NCBI GenBank assembly: GCA_024679065.1
Contig: JAGIQG010000024.1
Span: 24,614,001-24,678,000, forward strand
Direction: 5' to 3'
Length of the DNA: 64,000 nucleotides
Source: Sphyrna mokarran
Lineage: Eukaryota
A program made the translations under genes and the position numbers. Under the pieces are notes generated by a model, which was not told the origin of the DNA, did not search any database, and saw only the letters and a list, made by a program, of their open reading frames with translations. Below are positions 38,850 to 51,456 of the stretch, piece after piece (within the stretch, counting starts at the first letter, position 1; the number at the start of each line of letters is the position of its first letter).

Positions 38850-39310
38850 TTTTTTAAAATTTATTCATAGGACAAGGACATCACTGGCTGGCCAGCATTA
38901 ATTGCCCGCCCCTAGTTGTCTTTGGAGGGCAGTTGAAAGTCAGCCACATTGCTGTGGCTCTGGATTCACATGTAAGCCAGACAGTAAGGACAACAGATTT
39001 CCTTCCATAAAGGACATTAGAAACATAGAAACCCTACGGTACGAAAGAGGCCGTTCGGCCCATCAAGTCTACATCGACCACAATCCCACCTAGGCCCTAC
39101 TCCCATATCCCTACATATTCACCCACTAATCCCTCTAACCTACACATTTCAGGACATTTCCTCTCTAGTAAATAGATGGAAATCATTGGCAAGATTGGTG
39201 ATGATGAGAAATTGTCTTCCAAAGAGATTTGTTAAGGTCTGAAAGCTTTACCTGAAAAAGTGCTGGAAGCTAATTCTATAAATAGCTTTCAAAGGAATTT
39301 TCACAAAGGC
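38850..39310. mobile_element. Cluster: second-family SINE 3' part (-), V-SINE tail (-), old CR1 fragment (+)
   Basis: ggccagcattaattgccc...aaggacattag; tagaaaccctacggtacgaaagaggccgttcggccc; aaagagatttgttaaggtctgaaagctttacc. Confidence 0.65.
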
Positions 39311-39987
39311 CTGGGGATGAGGACTTAAAAGGACGATTGACAAAGACCAGGAATGTGGAATTAAGCATTTCGTTCAGCAAAAATGCAATAGAGGCAGAAA
39401 AAGCATTGTCTACATTTGAAGTTTCTATAATATTTCCTGACTGAGAACTGCAGATTATTTTCCAAACCTTTAAATGTTTCCTTCCGGCACAAGAACCTGT
39501 TACATTAAAGAGAGCATATCTTTCACAATTGTATTTTCCTAAACATTCTATCCTCAATATGCATAAGCGATCTTTTAATGATTTTAAACCTCAATGTCCA
39601 TGAATTCCGTATGAAAAAGACAAAGAAAGGAGCTAATGTATGTTCCACATTCCCCTCAATGTCTTGACTGTTTAGGTTGCTTTCTGCTGCTTTTTGCATT
39701 CCAGAATGTGCTACTAAGATTCTCAGGAAATTTTGCAGCAAGTTGCCATTGTCAAAATAAATCATCAATCATAACTGCAAATCAGTTTGGGAAAATATTG
39801 ATTTCCTTCAAATGGTCATGATAATCTCCACATTTATTTCATGTTGAATTTCTGTCCAACAGGAATCGTCCTTGCCATTTTACATCAAAGCAGCTTCAAA
39901 ACAAATTTCACATTGGAACTACTGTGTACATTTACAGCATGTATAAGCCTATGGTGTGCTGAAATTATTCACTATAGTTCATTTCCC

Positions 39988-40368
39988 AGAGATGATGGCG
40001 TAGTGGTATTATCGCTAGACTATTCACACAGAAACTCAGCTAATTTTCTGGGGATCTGAGTTCAAATCCCGCCACGGCAGATGATGCAATTTGAATTCAA
40101 TAAAAAATACCTGGAATTAAGAATCTACTGATGACCATGAAACCATTGTGGATTCTTGGAAAACCCATCTAGTTCACTAATGTCCTTTAAGGAAGGAGAT
40201 CTGCCATCCTTACCTAGTTTGGCCTAATGTGACTCCAGAACCACAACAATGTGGTTGACTTTCAACTGTCCTTTGAAATGACTTGGCAAGCTATTCATTC
40301 AAGGGCAATTAGGCATGTTCAATAAACGCTTGCCTGCCAGAGGCACCCATATTCCATGAATGAAAAGA
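39988..40368 (+). mobile_element. Second tRNA-derived SINE family, full length
   Basis: Box A TGGCGTAGTGG, box B GAGTTCAAATCC, 3' tail shared with the LINE tail at 3940-4082. Confidence 0.85.
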
Positions 40369-40820
40369 AAGAATGCTTATTTTTGATAAAGGTGTTTTGT
40401 TACTCATTGTGTTCCATGTATTCTTGAAACACTGTTGTATTTTACAGAAAAATTGTGACATGAAACTCTACTGAGCAGATTGAAATAACACTCTAAGTTA
40501 ATTAATATTTGTTTGATCTGTTGATTAGCTCTGTCTTTTTGAAAATGGACAATATATTGGCTGCACTCCACTCCTTTGGCATACATTGAACCTCAGTAGA
40601 ACTCTAAAATACACTTTCTAGGACCTTTGCTACTTCCTCCTTCTCCAATTCGCTGAGCATCCTTACAATGTACCCACTGGATGCTGGCACCCTATCCTTG
40701 CTTTGATTGAGCAACTTCTCTAATATTTTCTTTATTTTATAATATTTGTCCTTTCACTTTTAACCAGTTTGACAACGCTTGTCCTTCCCCAATATTCCTT
40801 TTTGTAAACATCAAATCAAA

Positions 40821-41063
40821 GGGCAGGATTTCCACCACACCCCATCCCCCCACCTCCCCTCCCCAACCCCCATCCAAAGACATGTTTTCCAGTGGCAGAG
40901 GCAGCTTGCCATTGGCTGCTGGCAGCATTTTCCAATCCCACTGGGGTCTATGACCTTTTTCTATGGCTCCCTTGTCCCACTGCCTGGGAACCTGTTGCAG
41001 AAGGGCTCACCTTCGTTCAGACCATGAGACCCCATTGGCAGGAAGGGCTGGAAAATCCTGCCC
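40821..41063. mobile_element. MITE (PIF/Harbinger-like)
   Basis: TIRs GGGCAGGATTTCCA and TGGAAAATCCTGCCC, TSD AAA. Confidence 0.8.
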
Positions 41064-41419
41064 AAAGTTCTTGTTAAATATCTCTATCCATTTTCCACTT
41101 AAAGTCTTCTTTCAGTCAGATTTTTTTCACAATTTTTCTTTGACCGATATATTTGAAGACTATGGCCTATATGTTGTGTTCTAGCAGCCTGGAATTTAGA
41201 AGTTCAGAATTTCTGTTATCCTTCATTCATGCACTCATTCAGATACATTTCAGCATTATCACCATGACTCAGTACTGGTGAGAGGTGTTTTACAGCAAAC
41301 ATTCCAACATATGAGTCTCTACTGTTGATCTAATTAAACCCTAAGAACAAACCACAGACACCATTGATCATTTATTCCTTCTATAGCAAGCACTAGCATA
41401 GCCAGGGTGCCCCAAGTTG

Positions 41420-41676
41420 GGGAGGCGATGGCCTAATGGCATTATCATTAGACTATTAATCCAGAAACTCAGGTAATGTTCTGAGGATCTGGATTCGAAT
41501 CCCATTACAACAGATCGTGGAACTTGAATTAAATATAGAAGATAAATCTGGATTTAAGAATCTGCTGATGACCATGACATTATTGTCGCTCGTCGGAAAA
41601 GCCCATCCAGCTCACTAATGTCCTTTAAGGAAGAAAATCTACTACCTTACTTGATCTGGCTCACATGTGACTCCAG
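41420..41676 (+). mobile_element. Second-family SINE, 3'-truncated
   Basis: ggaggcgatggcctaatggcattatc...ggattcgaatccc, colinear with the 39988 copy. Confidence 0.85.
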
Positions 41677-42300
41677 GTGTATATCATCACACTCCTGACT
41701 TGTACCTTGTAGACAGTGGACAGGCTTTGTGAAATTAGGAAATGAGTTAGTCTCCACAGAATTCCCAGCCAATGACTAGCTCTTGCAGCCACAGTATTCA
41801 TATGGCAAGTCCAGCTGAGTTTCTGGTCAATGTCAATTGTGTGGGATTCAATTATAATAATGTCATTTGAATGTCAAGGGGCGATGGTTAGAAAATGATT
41901 GGGCTAAAAACACTAACCTGAAGATCTCCTGCAAGTAGTGTCCTAGGACTGAATCACAGAATTGTTATGGACAGATATGGCCATTGGTTCTATCAAATCT
42001 GTACTGGCTCTCAAACTCACCAAGTACCATTCTCTGTCTTTCCCGTAAACCTGCACACACTTCCTTTTCAGACAACTGTCTAATTCCCTTTTGAATGCTT
42101 CAATTAAACCTGCCTCCATCTCACTTTCAGGCAGTACATTCCAATCTCTAACCACCCACTGCATTAAAAAAAAATTCTTCTCATTAACTTTTGATTGACC
42201 TCCAACAACCACATCCACCTTTCTTTGTGTGAGGTAGGACTCCAACCAATGGAAGGTTTTCCCCCTGATTTCCATTGAGTTTAGTTTTGTCGATGCCAAG
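41677..42300 (-). mobile_element. CR1-clade fragments of the second family with a first-family CR1 3' end (41945-42185) between them
   Basis: ORF 41943-42299 is chimeric: KLNSMEIRGKTFHWLESYLTQRK...VVVGGQS joined to FFLMQWVVRDWNVLPE...FKRELD. Confidence 0.75.
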
Positions 42301-42314
42301 CTGGCTCAGCTGAT

Positions 42315-42760
42315 AAAATAAAAGTAAAATACTGCAGATGCTGGAATCTGAAACAAAAACAGAAAATGCTGGAAAATCTCAGCAGGTCCGACAGCATCTG
42401 TGGGGAGAGAATAGAGCCAATGTTTCATGTCTGGATGAGCCTTCCTCACAGGGCTGAGAATGTTGCTGAGAGATTGGTATGTATAAATGGCAGAATCAAG
42501 GTACAGTGAGTCTTTTGTAACCACAAATTTACATTCCCTTTTCCCTTTTGTCTGTGACATCTTCATCAATTACATAACACCTCCCACTCCACCACCATGC
42601 ACTCCCCCCTGCCTGGCACTCCCTCAGCCTTACAGTATAAATCTTGTCCTAATTTCTTTGTCTTTAGCTCTGATGCGGGTCATCCAGATTCTAAACGTTG
42701 TTTCTATTTTCTCTCGACAGATACTGCCAAAACTGAGATTTTCCAGCATTTTCTGTTGTG
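42315..42760. mobile_element. Penelope-like remnant (family 2) with inverted termini and decayed hammerhead motifs
   Basis: 42355-42450 is the reverse complement of 42665-42757. Right arm gctctgatgcgggtcatccagattctaaacgtt is a decayed CUGANGA-stem II-GAAAC motif. Confidence 0.65.
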
Positions 42761-42922
42761 ATTTGCTCAGCTGAAGTCAAGGCAGTCACTCTCACCTCAG
42801 CACTGAGAGTTACTATGATCTATCCTTACAAAATGAGTGACCACATTGAATTTCATCTCCCCTCCTCTCACTTAATCAATCAGCACCTCTTTGTAATTGG
42901 AATATGGACAAGGCCATTGATT

Positions 42923-43652
42923 GGTGGCACGGTGGTTCGTGTTGTGCTGCACCAGGGACCTAAGTTCAATTCTGGCCTCAGGTACAGAGTTTGCATGTTC
43001 TCTCTGTGTCTGCATGGATTTCCTCCAATTGCTCCAGTTTCCTCCCATAGTCCAAAGATATGCAGGTTAGGTTGATTAGAATTATAGAATGCCCATAGTG
43101 CAGAAGGAGGCCATTCAGCCCATCAGGTCTGCACTGGTTCTCTGACAGAGCAACTTACCCAGGCCCAACTCATGCCCTATCCCCATAACATAATGCATTT
43201 ATCCCACTAATTTCCTTAACCTGGACATCTTGAGATAAGAAAGAGCAATTTAACATGGCCAATTCAACTAAGCAGAGATGGGGAGAATGTACAAACTCCA
43301 CATGAACAGTCACCTAAGGTTAGAATTGAACCCGGGTCCTGGCACTGTGGAGCAGCAGTGATAACCATTGTGCCACCTTGCTGCCCATTTAGTCATGCTA
43401 AAGTGACCCCTTGGCTGGAATTTTATTGCCGTGCCTGCCACGGGAATCATGGAGGGGATAGAGGCAGACCATGGAAATGTCCACTGAACACGGACGAGAT
43501 TTTACAATTTCAGGACAAGGTGAGGCCGCAAATCCTGACCTTAGTGTCAGCTGGATTAGCAGGGTTATGGAGATAGGGCCTGGAGGAGATTGTTGTCAAT
43601 GCAGACTGCATAGGCCTCCGTCTGCATTGCAGGAATTCAAAGATTCTATGAA
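42923..43652 (+). mobile_element. V-SINE split by an opposite-strand V-SINE (43082-43387) and a MITE (43413-43539)
   Basis: Host SINE reads ...ggttgattag|insert|tcatgctaaagtgacccctt|MITE|agtgtcag... through to its tail. MITE TSD is CTT. Confidence 0.8.
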
Positions 43653-43920
43653 TTGCACCATTGTTCAGTTTACAACCCCTATATATTTAAAATAAGTGGA
43701 AAAAATATGCTCCATCCCCCCACCATCCCATGATGTCCAAAGATTAGGTTGAGGGGCCATGTTAAATTGACCTGGTGTCAGGGGGATTAGTAGGGTATAG
43801 GGCCTGGGTGTGATTGTGGTGGGTGCAGATTTGATGGACCGAATGGACCTTCTGAGGGACTCTAAAATATCCCACCTTAATTAATGAAATAGCAGCAGAA
43901 TCTGGAGGGTTAGTCCTTAC

Positions 43921-44215
43921 TGCCAGGACCAACAATGAGAAGAGGGTCGGTATCAGGTCTTTACATCTCCCTGACCCAGTGTGATCCTATGTAGGGCTGA
44001 GTGGGTGGGTGAACGCTGTTCTGCTGGATGCTCTGGGCTGCTGGCGTTGACGCTGTGGAGCGGCTGGTGTAGGCTGGCTGGGGAGGTGATGTATTTCCGC
44101 TGTCTGTAACTGATCAAATCTGCGAAGCGACCTGAGCAGATAAGCAGGCAGACACACCTTTCCGCACGGTAGGTCAGTCCTCTCAGCCTGTATCTCAGCC
44201 GGGGAGTTAACAACA
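43921..44215 (-). other. Candidate non-coding first exon of an unidentified minus-strand gene
   Basis: Strong donor GCA|gtaagg at 43921/43920, CpG-rich unique sequence, about 25-30 nt downstream of a TAAATAAA box. The only ATG is followed immediately by TAA. The 5' end is inferred from TATA spacing. Confidence 0.5.
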
Positions 44216-44590
44216 CTGTACAGCCGCGCTGAGTGCGGGGCTTTATTTAGGGAGGGTCTGTGTGGATGGGAACCTTTTATTAATGCAGCGAGAGCCCGGC
44301 TCGGGAATCCCAGATGGAAGAGATTTGCAACATGTGCGGATTAGATTGCGGAGATGCAGCTCCGGAATTGGGGATTTTGTTTAAATTCTTCCTCCGATTG
44401 TTTTTTGTTTGTCTCAGGCGTCAAAAAGATGAAAGCCATCCATCCCCTTGCTGCTGAGAGGGTGCTGAGTATGTGTTTGATCACAGCGCTGCAATCTAGC
44501 ACACACTGGGCAGCTCATGGCGGAGCGTTACGGAGCAGCAGAAAGGGGAAAAGGATTGCAGCTTATAGCAAGGGCAACTAGACAGGTGTC
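44216..44590 (-). promoter_or_regulatory. CpG-enriched promoter with TATA-like box
   Basis: Minus-strand CTAAATAAAG at 44250-44241 and CATTAATAAAA at about 44285-44275. About 25 CpGs counted in 43990-44540 against general CpG depletion in old sequence. Confidence 0.5.
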
Positions 44591-44594
44591 ACAG

Positions 44595-45420
44595 CCGGGG
44601 GGGGGAGGAGAGGGTGCAGGGAGGGGGTGTCAGAGGAGTGTCACAGGGAGAGAGGGTGTCAGAGGGAGAGGGGGTGTCACAGGGGAGAGATAGAAGGGAT
44701 GGCACAGGGAGGGGGTAGAGAGGATGTCATGGGGAATGGGAGGAGGTGTTGCTGGGAGGGGGTATCACAGGGAGGGTGCAGGAGGAGGTGTCGCGGAGAT
44801 AGTGGTGGGAGGGAGTGTTGCAGAGAGAGGGGGTGGGAGGGGGTCTTGCGGGGAGAGAGGGGATATCGCAGGGAGAGGATTGGGAAGTAGTGTTGTGGGG
44901 GTGAGAGGGGATGTCACAGGGAGAGGGGTTGGAGTGGGTGCCACGGGGGAGAGGGGTTGGAGTGGATGCCACGGGGAGAGGAATGGGAGGGGGTACTGCG
45001 GCGAGAGGACTGCAGGGGTGTTGTAGGGTGGAGGGAGTGTCGCGGGGAGAGGGATGGGAAGGGGTGTCGAGAAGGGGATGTCGCGGGGTGGGAGGTGTGG
45101 AGGGGTATTATGGAAGGGGGTGGGAAGGGGTTTCGGGGGAAGGTGATGTCAGCTGGGAAGGTGAGTAGGAGAGGGTGTCACAGGAAGAGGGGTGGAACGG
45201 GGTAGAAGGGGTATCATGGGGAGGAGGATGGAGGGAGTGTCGCAGAGAGGGGTGTGGAGGGGGGTGAAATGGGGAGGAGGGTGGAGGGGATGTTGTGGGG
45301 GTGTGCAGTAGGTGTCATGGGGAGGGGACAGGAGGGGATATTGCAGGAGGGGATGGCAAGTGTGTCATGAAGGGAGTTACAGTGGGAGGAGGAATGATTA
45401 TAACAGTGGGAGGGGTTAAG
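44595..45420 (+). repeat. Degenerate G/A-rich minisatellite or low-complexity tract
   Basis: Recurrent ggg(g)tgtcacagggagaga-like units with many G3+ runs. Confidence 0.85.
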
Positions 45421-45459
45421 GTTTTAATGAGGGACAAGGTCTATTTAAAGTGTGCCCTT

Positions 45460-46190
45460 AGAAATATTAGCAGACACAGGGATCTAGGCGTGCAAATCCA
45501 CAGTTCCCTGAAGATGGCAACTCAGGTGGACAAGTGGTCAAGAAGATACCCATGGCATACTGACCTTCATTGGTCAGGACGTTGCGTATAGGAATTAGAA
45601 AATCATACTGCAACTGTATAAGACTTTGATTAGGTCACATTTGGAGAATTGTGCAAAATTCTGGTCGCCATACTATTGGGAGGATGCTGATGCATTGGAA
45701 AAGGTTCAGAAGAGATTTACCAGGATGTTACCTGTTTTGGAGGATGTGGATTATGAGGGAAGGTTGAACAAATTTGGATTGTTTTCATTGGACCATTGGA
45801 GAATGAGGGGGGACCTGATAGAGGTTTAAAAGACTATGACAGGCTTGGATAAAGTGGATAGTCAGAGTCTTTTTTCCAGGGTCGAAGGGTCAATTAGTTG
45901 GGGGCATAGGTTGAAAATGGGAGGGGGAAAGTTTAAAAGAAATGTAAGAGACAAACTTTTCAAACAGAGGGTGGTGAATGCCTGGAACATGCTGCTGGAG
46001 AAGGTGATGGAAGCAAATTCTATAACAATGTTCAAGAGGCATCTGGATAAATACATGAATAGACAGGGATCAGAGGGATATGGACCACATAGAGGCAAAA
46101 ACAATTAGACTAGAGATACATCTCTGTCGGCACAGACTTGGGGGCCAAAGTGCCCGTTCCTGTGCTGTACTGTTCTTTGTTCTTTATGTT
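45460..46190 (+). mobile_element. CR1 3' fragment
   Basis: HRDLGVQIHSSLK, RSHLENCAKFWSPYY, LFKQRVVNAWNML, tail ctgttctttgttcttt. Confidence 0.9.
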
Positions 46191-46667
46191 TTACAGTGAG
46201 CTCAGTAGGAGTTGTATAGTGAGGAGAATAGATGAGTGTTATTATTGGAAAGGAGGGGTTGTAAAGACAAGATAATGATGCTGTAAATATCAAAAGATAT
46301 GAGGGAATGGGAGTGCTGCAGGAAATGGTCAGCGGATGTGGAATTGAGAGCGGTTATAACTTTTCAAAGCTGATCTGAATATTGTCCCGTGGGCCCATTT
46401 AGCTTAGTAAAGCACTGGCAAGGGTGATCATTCCTTTCACTGTCTGCAGCAATCTGGGCGCGAGAGGAGTCCCAGAATGACAGCATCACTTTCATATCTC
46501 TTTACCTCCCCTTTACCCCACCCCACCCCCACCTCACCCCACATTCACTGGGTCTCTCAAAAGATGCTGAATATCCGAACATGACAGTGATACCCCTACC
46601 GCCCATCTGGTTTTGTAACTTGTGACACTGGCCATCTTATTAGAGATAATGGCAGAGAATGGAATGA

Positions 46668-47899
46668 TGAGAGAACATAGGAATAGCAGTGGGTCATTCA
46701 ATCATCTTGAGCCTGCTCCACAGTTCAGTCAGATCATAGCTTCTCTGTGATTTAAATCCTTTGACCTGCCTTGACTTTATATTCCTTAACACACTTGCCT
46801 TACAAAAATCATCAGTCTCAAAATGTTCAACTGACCAAGCCTCAAGTCAATTTTAGGAGAAAAGTGTTCCAAATTTTCACAACGCTTACACATGAAGAAG
46901 TGTTTTCCGACAGCATTCCTGAAGGACCTAGTTTGAATTTTAATATTGTGTTCCTTTGTCCTGGACTGGTTTTTCAAGAAAATGGATTTTCTCCAGCTGT
47001 CCGACTCAATCTTAATTATTTTATACATGAAATTAGATCATCTTTCAATATTCTATGTTCAAGGGGATGTAAACACAGTCTGTGCATTTTCTAAAAGTAG
47101 CAACTGTTGGAAGCGCTCAACAGGCCTGTGGAAGGGGACACAAATTTTGTGTTTGAACCTTTTATCAGAACGTAGCGTTGAACTTTCTAGCCCACTGATG
47201 GCATGGCGGCCAGGGGTACACTCAATGGGAAATCCTGTTGATGACAGTGGGACCAAACAATCCTGCCAATGGCGGGACGCCTCCACAGCAGGTTGGGCAG
47301 TAAATCCCTCTCTATGCAACTTGTTATCAGAGTTTAATCCTTTAAACTCAAATTTCATTCTGGGGAATCTGTGCCCTGCACCCAATACAGCAACCCCCCC
47401 ATGCTTCCCCATCCCCTCCCCATTCCTTCTTAAGGTCCAAGGTCCAGAATTGAATGCAATATTATGTAGTCTACCCAGAGCTCTGTACACTTGTAACAAC
47501 TTGTTCAACTTCCTATTCCAGTCCTCTTAAAATCAAGACCAACACTCCATAAACCTTACCAATTTAGGACCATTCACTACCTTTTAATCATTTTCTGTAG
47601 GTGAACCCCTAAACCTCTTCTCCATAGTTCCACACTATTTGCCATTTATAAACTAGCTAGAGCTCTGAGGAAGAGTCATATTGGATTCAAAGTGTAGCTC
47701 TCTTACTCTTTTCGCAGTTGACCTGCTGAGCATTTCTTGTACTTTCTGCTTTTATTCCAAAACAACTAGAACCATCTGCCACAGTTTTCTCTATTTAATA
47801 TATCAATGTCGCTTTGCAATTTTCAGCAGTTATCTACATTATTTATAGGGTTTCCCAACTTAGTGTCATCAGCAAACTTAGATATTCCTTCATCCAGAC
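46668..47899 (-). mobile_element. Old CR1 fragment with nested MITE and Penelope-like remnant (47655-47760)
   Basis: [14 protein letters not shown] (ORF 47823-48011), IAFNSGPW region homologous to CIQFW, and ORF 46786-47028 SRTKEHNIKIQTRSFRNAVGKHFF. Confidence 0.75.
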
Positions 47900-47914
47900 T
47901 GTTGTATGATGGAA

Positions 47915-48258
47915 TATCATAGAATCCCAACAGTGCAGAAGGAGACCTTTCAACCCATTTGAGTCTGTACTGACACTCTGACAGAGCATCCCACCCAAGC
48001 CCTATTCCCATAACCCCCCCTGTATTTTCCCTTCATATTTACCAGCTAGACGCCCTAACCACACATCTTTGGGTACTTAAGGGACAATTTAACATGGTCA
48101 ATCCACTTAACCTGCACATCTTTGCACTGTGGGAGAAAACCCATGCAGACATGGGGAGAATGTGCAAACTCCACACAGACAATCACCCAAGGCTGAAATT
48201 GAACCCAAGTCCCTGGTACTGTGAGGCAACAGTGCTAACCACTATGCCACCGTGCTGC
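47915..48258 (-). mobile_element. HE1-like V-SINE
   Basis: Tail catagaatcccaacagtgcagaaggag, V-domain, head ...gtgctaaccactatgccaccgtgctgc. Confidence 0.9.
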
Positions 48259-48908
48259 ATGGATAGTCTGTGATAGTTTGTGACGAAATAGAAGAAAGTG
48301 ATTTATTCTTGTGATCTGAGAGAATCTCGGAGAAAGCAGCGTGGAAAGAAGTTAGTGTCAGGGAGCGTTCCCATAACTGTTTACATATCATAAAAGTTAG
48401 TGGTGTCAACTGACTGTGTTTGAGAGTTATTTAAACACCATAATAAAGTATGGTAGTAAGCGATAAAATAAAAATCCCTCCTTCTATCAGATAGTTTCAA
48501 GGAAGTTGCAGGACTAAATTGGGCTGAAACATGGCCAAAGTGGGACAAGGTGCTCGCTGTTGCACTCACTATGTCCTGCAGTGAACCAGACAGTGAGCAG
48601 GTCAGTACATCTTTATACACAGTGCATGACTTTGTATATGGCATCTTAAGTACTCTGGGGATCAGTGAGGTTAAAGCCACATATGCCAAACTCATTGACG
48701 TATTGGAGTCATATTTCAGTCTCTGCAAGATCACCATGGTGGAGCATGCAAAGTTCAATAAATGCATCCTGAGACACGGGGAGCATAGATACATTTATCA
48801 ATGATTTGTACTGATTACTTCAGAGTCTTCAACTAATCTGGAAGAGGAGCTAATTTACAGTAGAATAATAATCGGAATAATGGATGAATTATAATCATAT
48901 AATTTGCA

Positions 48909-49038
48909 TAATGTGCTGATGCTGGCGTTGGACTGGGGTGGGTACAATAAGAAGCTTTACAACACCAGATTAAAGCCCAACAGGTTTATTTGGAATCATG
49001 AGCTTTTGGAGCACTTTCCCTTGCTCAGGTGAATTGTA
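48909..49038 (-). mobile_element. Penelope-like family-1 remnant nested in Gypsy gag; hammerhead core decayed
   Basis: caacaccagattaaagcccaacaggtttatttggaatcatgagc...caggtga, flanked by ataatttgca / ataacttgca (10-bp TSD, one mismatch). Confidence 0.7.
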
Positions 49039-49430
49039 ATAACTTGCAATCCCAGGAAGACTTGATGCTGGTGAAGGCGATTTCAAATAAATGGGCAGGC
49101 TGAGATCAGGAGGCTGAACTGATTGATGGTCAGAGGAGAGAGAGCTGGCCTGTTATCCAACTGTTAATTAACTGTTATCCAAAGTAACAGAAAAAGTTGA
49201 ATTTGTCAGACATCATAAAGAGAAGAAGGCAATGCATGTGATATGAAAAACAATTAATAGCAGCAGACAGGCAGTCACTGATACAGATGGGAAAAGCACA
49301 GGTGTGGGAATTAGCCCACCAAAGATATGCAATGCCATTGGTGGAAAAAGATGGACCATTTTTAAGCAGTATGTTGCCATAGGAAAAAAAGGCAGAACAC
49401 CAAAAAGAAAATGCTTTAAAAGGAAAGAGT

Positions 49431-49828
49431 GATTTGATTTATTATTGTCACATATATTAGAGAGTGAAAAGCATTGTTTCTTGCGAATAATACAGACAAA
49501 GCATACCATTTATAGAGAGGGAAAGGAGAGAGTGCAGAATGTAGTGTTACAGTCATAGCTAGGGTGTAGAAAAAGATCAATTTAATGTAAGGTAGGTCCA
49601 TTCAAAAGTTGGATGGCAGAAGGGAAGAAGCTGTTCTTGAGTTGGTTGGTACATGACCTCAGACTGTATTTTTTCCTGACGAAAGAAGATGGAAGAAAGA
49701 ATGTCCGGAGTGCGTGGGGCCTTGATTATGCTGGCTGCTTTTCCAAGGCAACGGGAAGGGTAGACAGAGTCAATGGATGGGAGGCTGTTTTGCGTGATGG
49801 ACTGGGCTTCATTCATGATCCTTTGTAG
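49431..49828 (-). mobile_element. Rex1/Babar 3' fragment nested in Gypsy
   Basis: gatttgatttattattgtcac tail, LQRIMNEAQSITQNSLPSIDSVYPSRCLGKAASII, and AGAGT at both junctions. Confidence 0.85.
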
Positions 49829-51456
49829 AGTACTTGAAGTTGAAGACATTGGAATACCCTTCTTGGGAGAGATTAAAGAAATGGAGGCTAATGGAATGCC
49901 CAAATCCTCGTAGAAGGTCATAGGAAATACTTTAAATTAGATACTGGTGCAATGGTTTCAGTTCTTTCTGACATTGAACTATAGTTCAACAGGAGAGTTC
50001 TTCAGCCACCCGACAAACAGAGCTATTGGCTCCGGGAGAATGAACAGCCACTTTAAAGCAAAGAGTGAAGGGAATTATTGAAATTCTGTATGTAATTCAA
50101 TATCATAGCTGTTCACTTTTACATAGGAGGGCATGTATGGAACCGGATCAAATCTGCAGATTAGAAGAAATAAAGGATAGTGAAGATCAATCAGGAGACT
50201 TCAAAGCAAAGTCTTCAACATTCATTTACAAGATTGGGAGTGTATCGTATAACTCCCAGTCAAGCAGTGAAATCAGTATACTTAAATATATCCAGACAGG
50301 TTCTATATCTCTTATGTCGAAAAGAAATAAGTCAATTTAACAGTAAGATGAGAAGTCATTTGACTTTAAGAGAGCCAATTATTTGATGCTTGAGGATGGC
50401 ATTGACTCCAAAGCCAAAGGATCCCGAGTAATATGTGTTGATTGTGCCCAATGGTATAAAACTGTGAAAAGAAATGTCCATCCAATAGTATCAATAAGTG
50501 AGAGTTTAGCAAAATTAGGGAAAAGCTCAATATCTCTAATTTAATCGTGAACAGTGATTGCGGCAAAAACCCTTTGAAGAGGAGTATAAACTTCTCACAA
50601 CTTTCATTACACCTTTTGGAAAATTCTTTTTTAACATCTTACACTTTGAAAGATCTCTGGTCCTGATGTTATTCCACAAAACAATGTCAAATCTTTTAGC
50701 TGGCTTACACAGCGTTGTTTGCCGCGTGGGTGACGGGTTGAATCCTGAGTCCACATAAGTTGCGTATGACGAGAGTGAGAACAGCGTTGAGCAGATTACA
50801 AGTGGCAGGACAGAGCAGTTTTTCACAACCAATAATAAGATTTCTTAGTAGCATAAGGCAGGAATCTCCAGCTCAGTCTGTGGCAGGGCCTGTTGTGAGT
50901 GAGAACAGGAAATTTAGCATTCCAGACAAAACTCCATTCACTCGCACAGCACTGAAAAATCCCAGCTGGGAACGAGAACAGAGTTCATCCGTAGTGAATG
51001 TTATCGGGAATAATGCTCTGAAGAATCCACAGAATCATAAAATAATTCCAGGTTACATCATGGAATTGCAAAGTTCAAGGGAATGGTGAGGCAGGTGGCA
51101 AACTTTCTTGAAAGGATTTCACAGAGGTTAAGGAGCAGCTATGTCAGTTGTCCTGCCAAGGCAATGAATAAGGAGAGGTTGATGTCATCAGAGGTGTTAG
51201 CACACAAAAGAATTTGAGCGGATGTTTCCTCTACATGATTGGGTGAAGATCTTTCAGGTACAAAAAGATGATAAATGCCAATCACTCTATTATACGTCAT
51301 ATTTATTAACAGAAACAGAAGAGAGTGACACGGTAATTGAAAAAGAAGCCATATGTGCTTATGAAGAATTTATTGACCGTATCTTGGTCTTCACATTTAG
51401 ATAGAAAACAGATTGTTAACCATTTGTCACATGACTGAATTTATAAACCTTGCTGT

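Noticed and set aside
44627-45591. Several Gly/Arg-rich ORFs
   Set aside because: Artefacts of the G-rich low-complexity tract.
46946-47530. 194-aa ORF as a host gene
   Set aside because: Spans antisense CR1 and a MITE, with no protein-like features.
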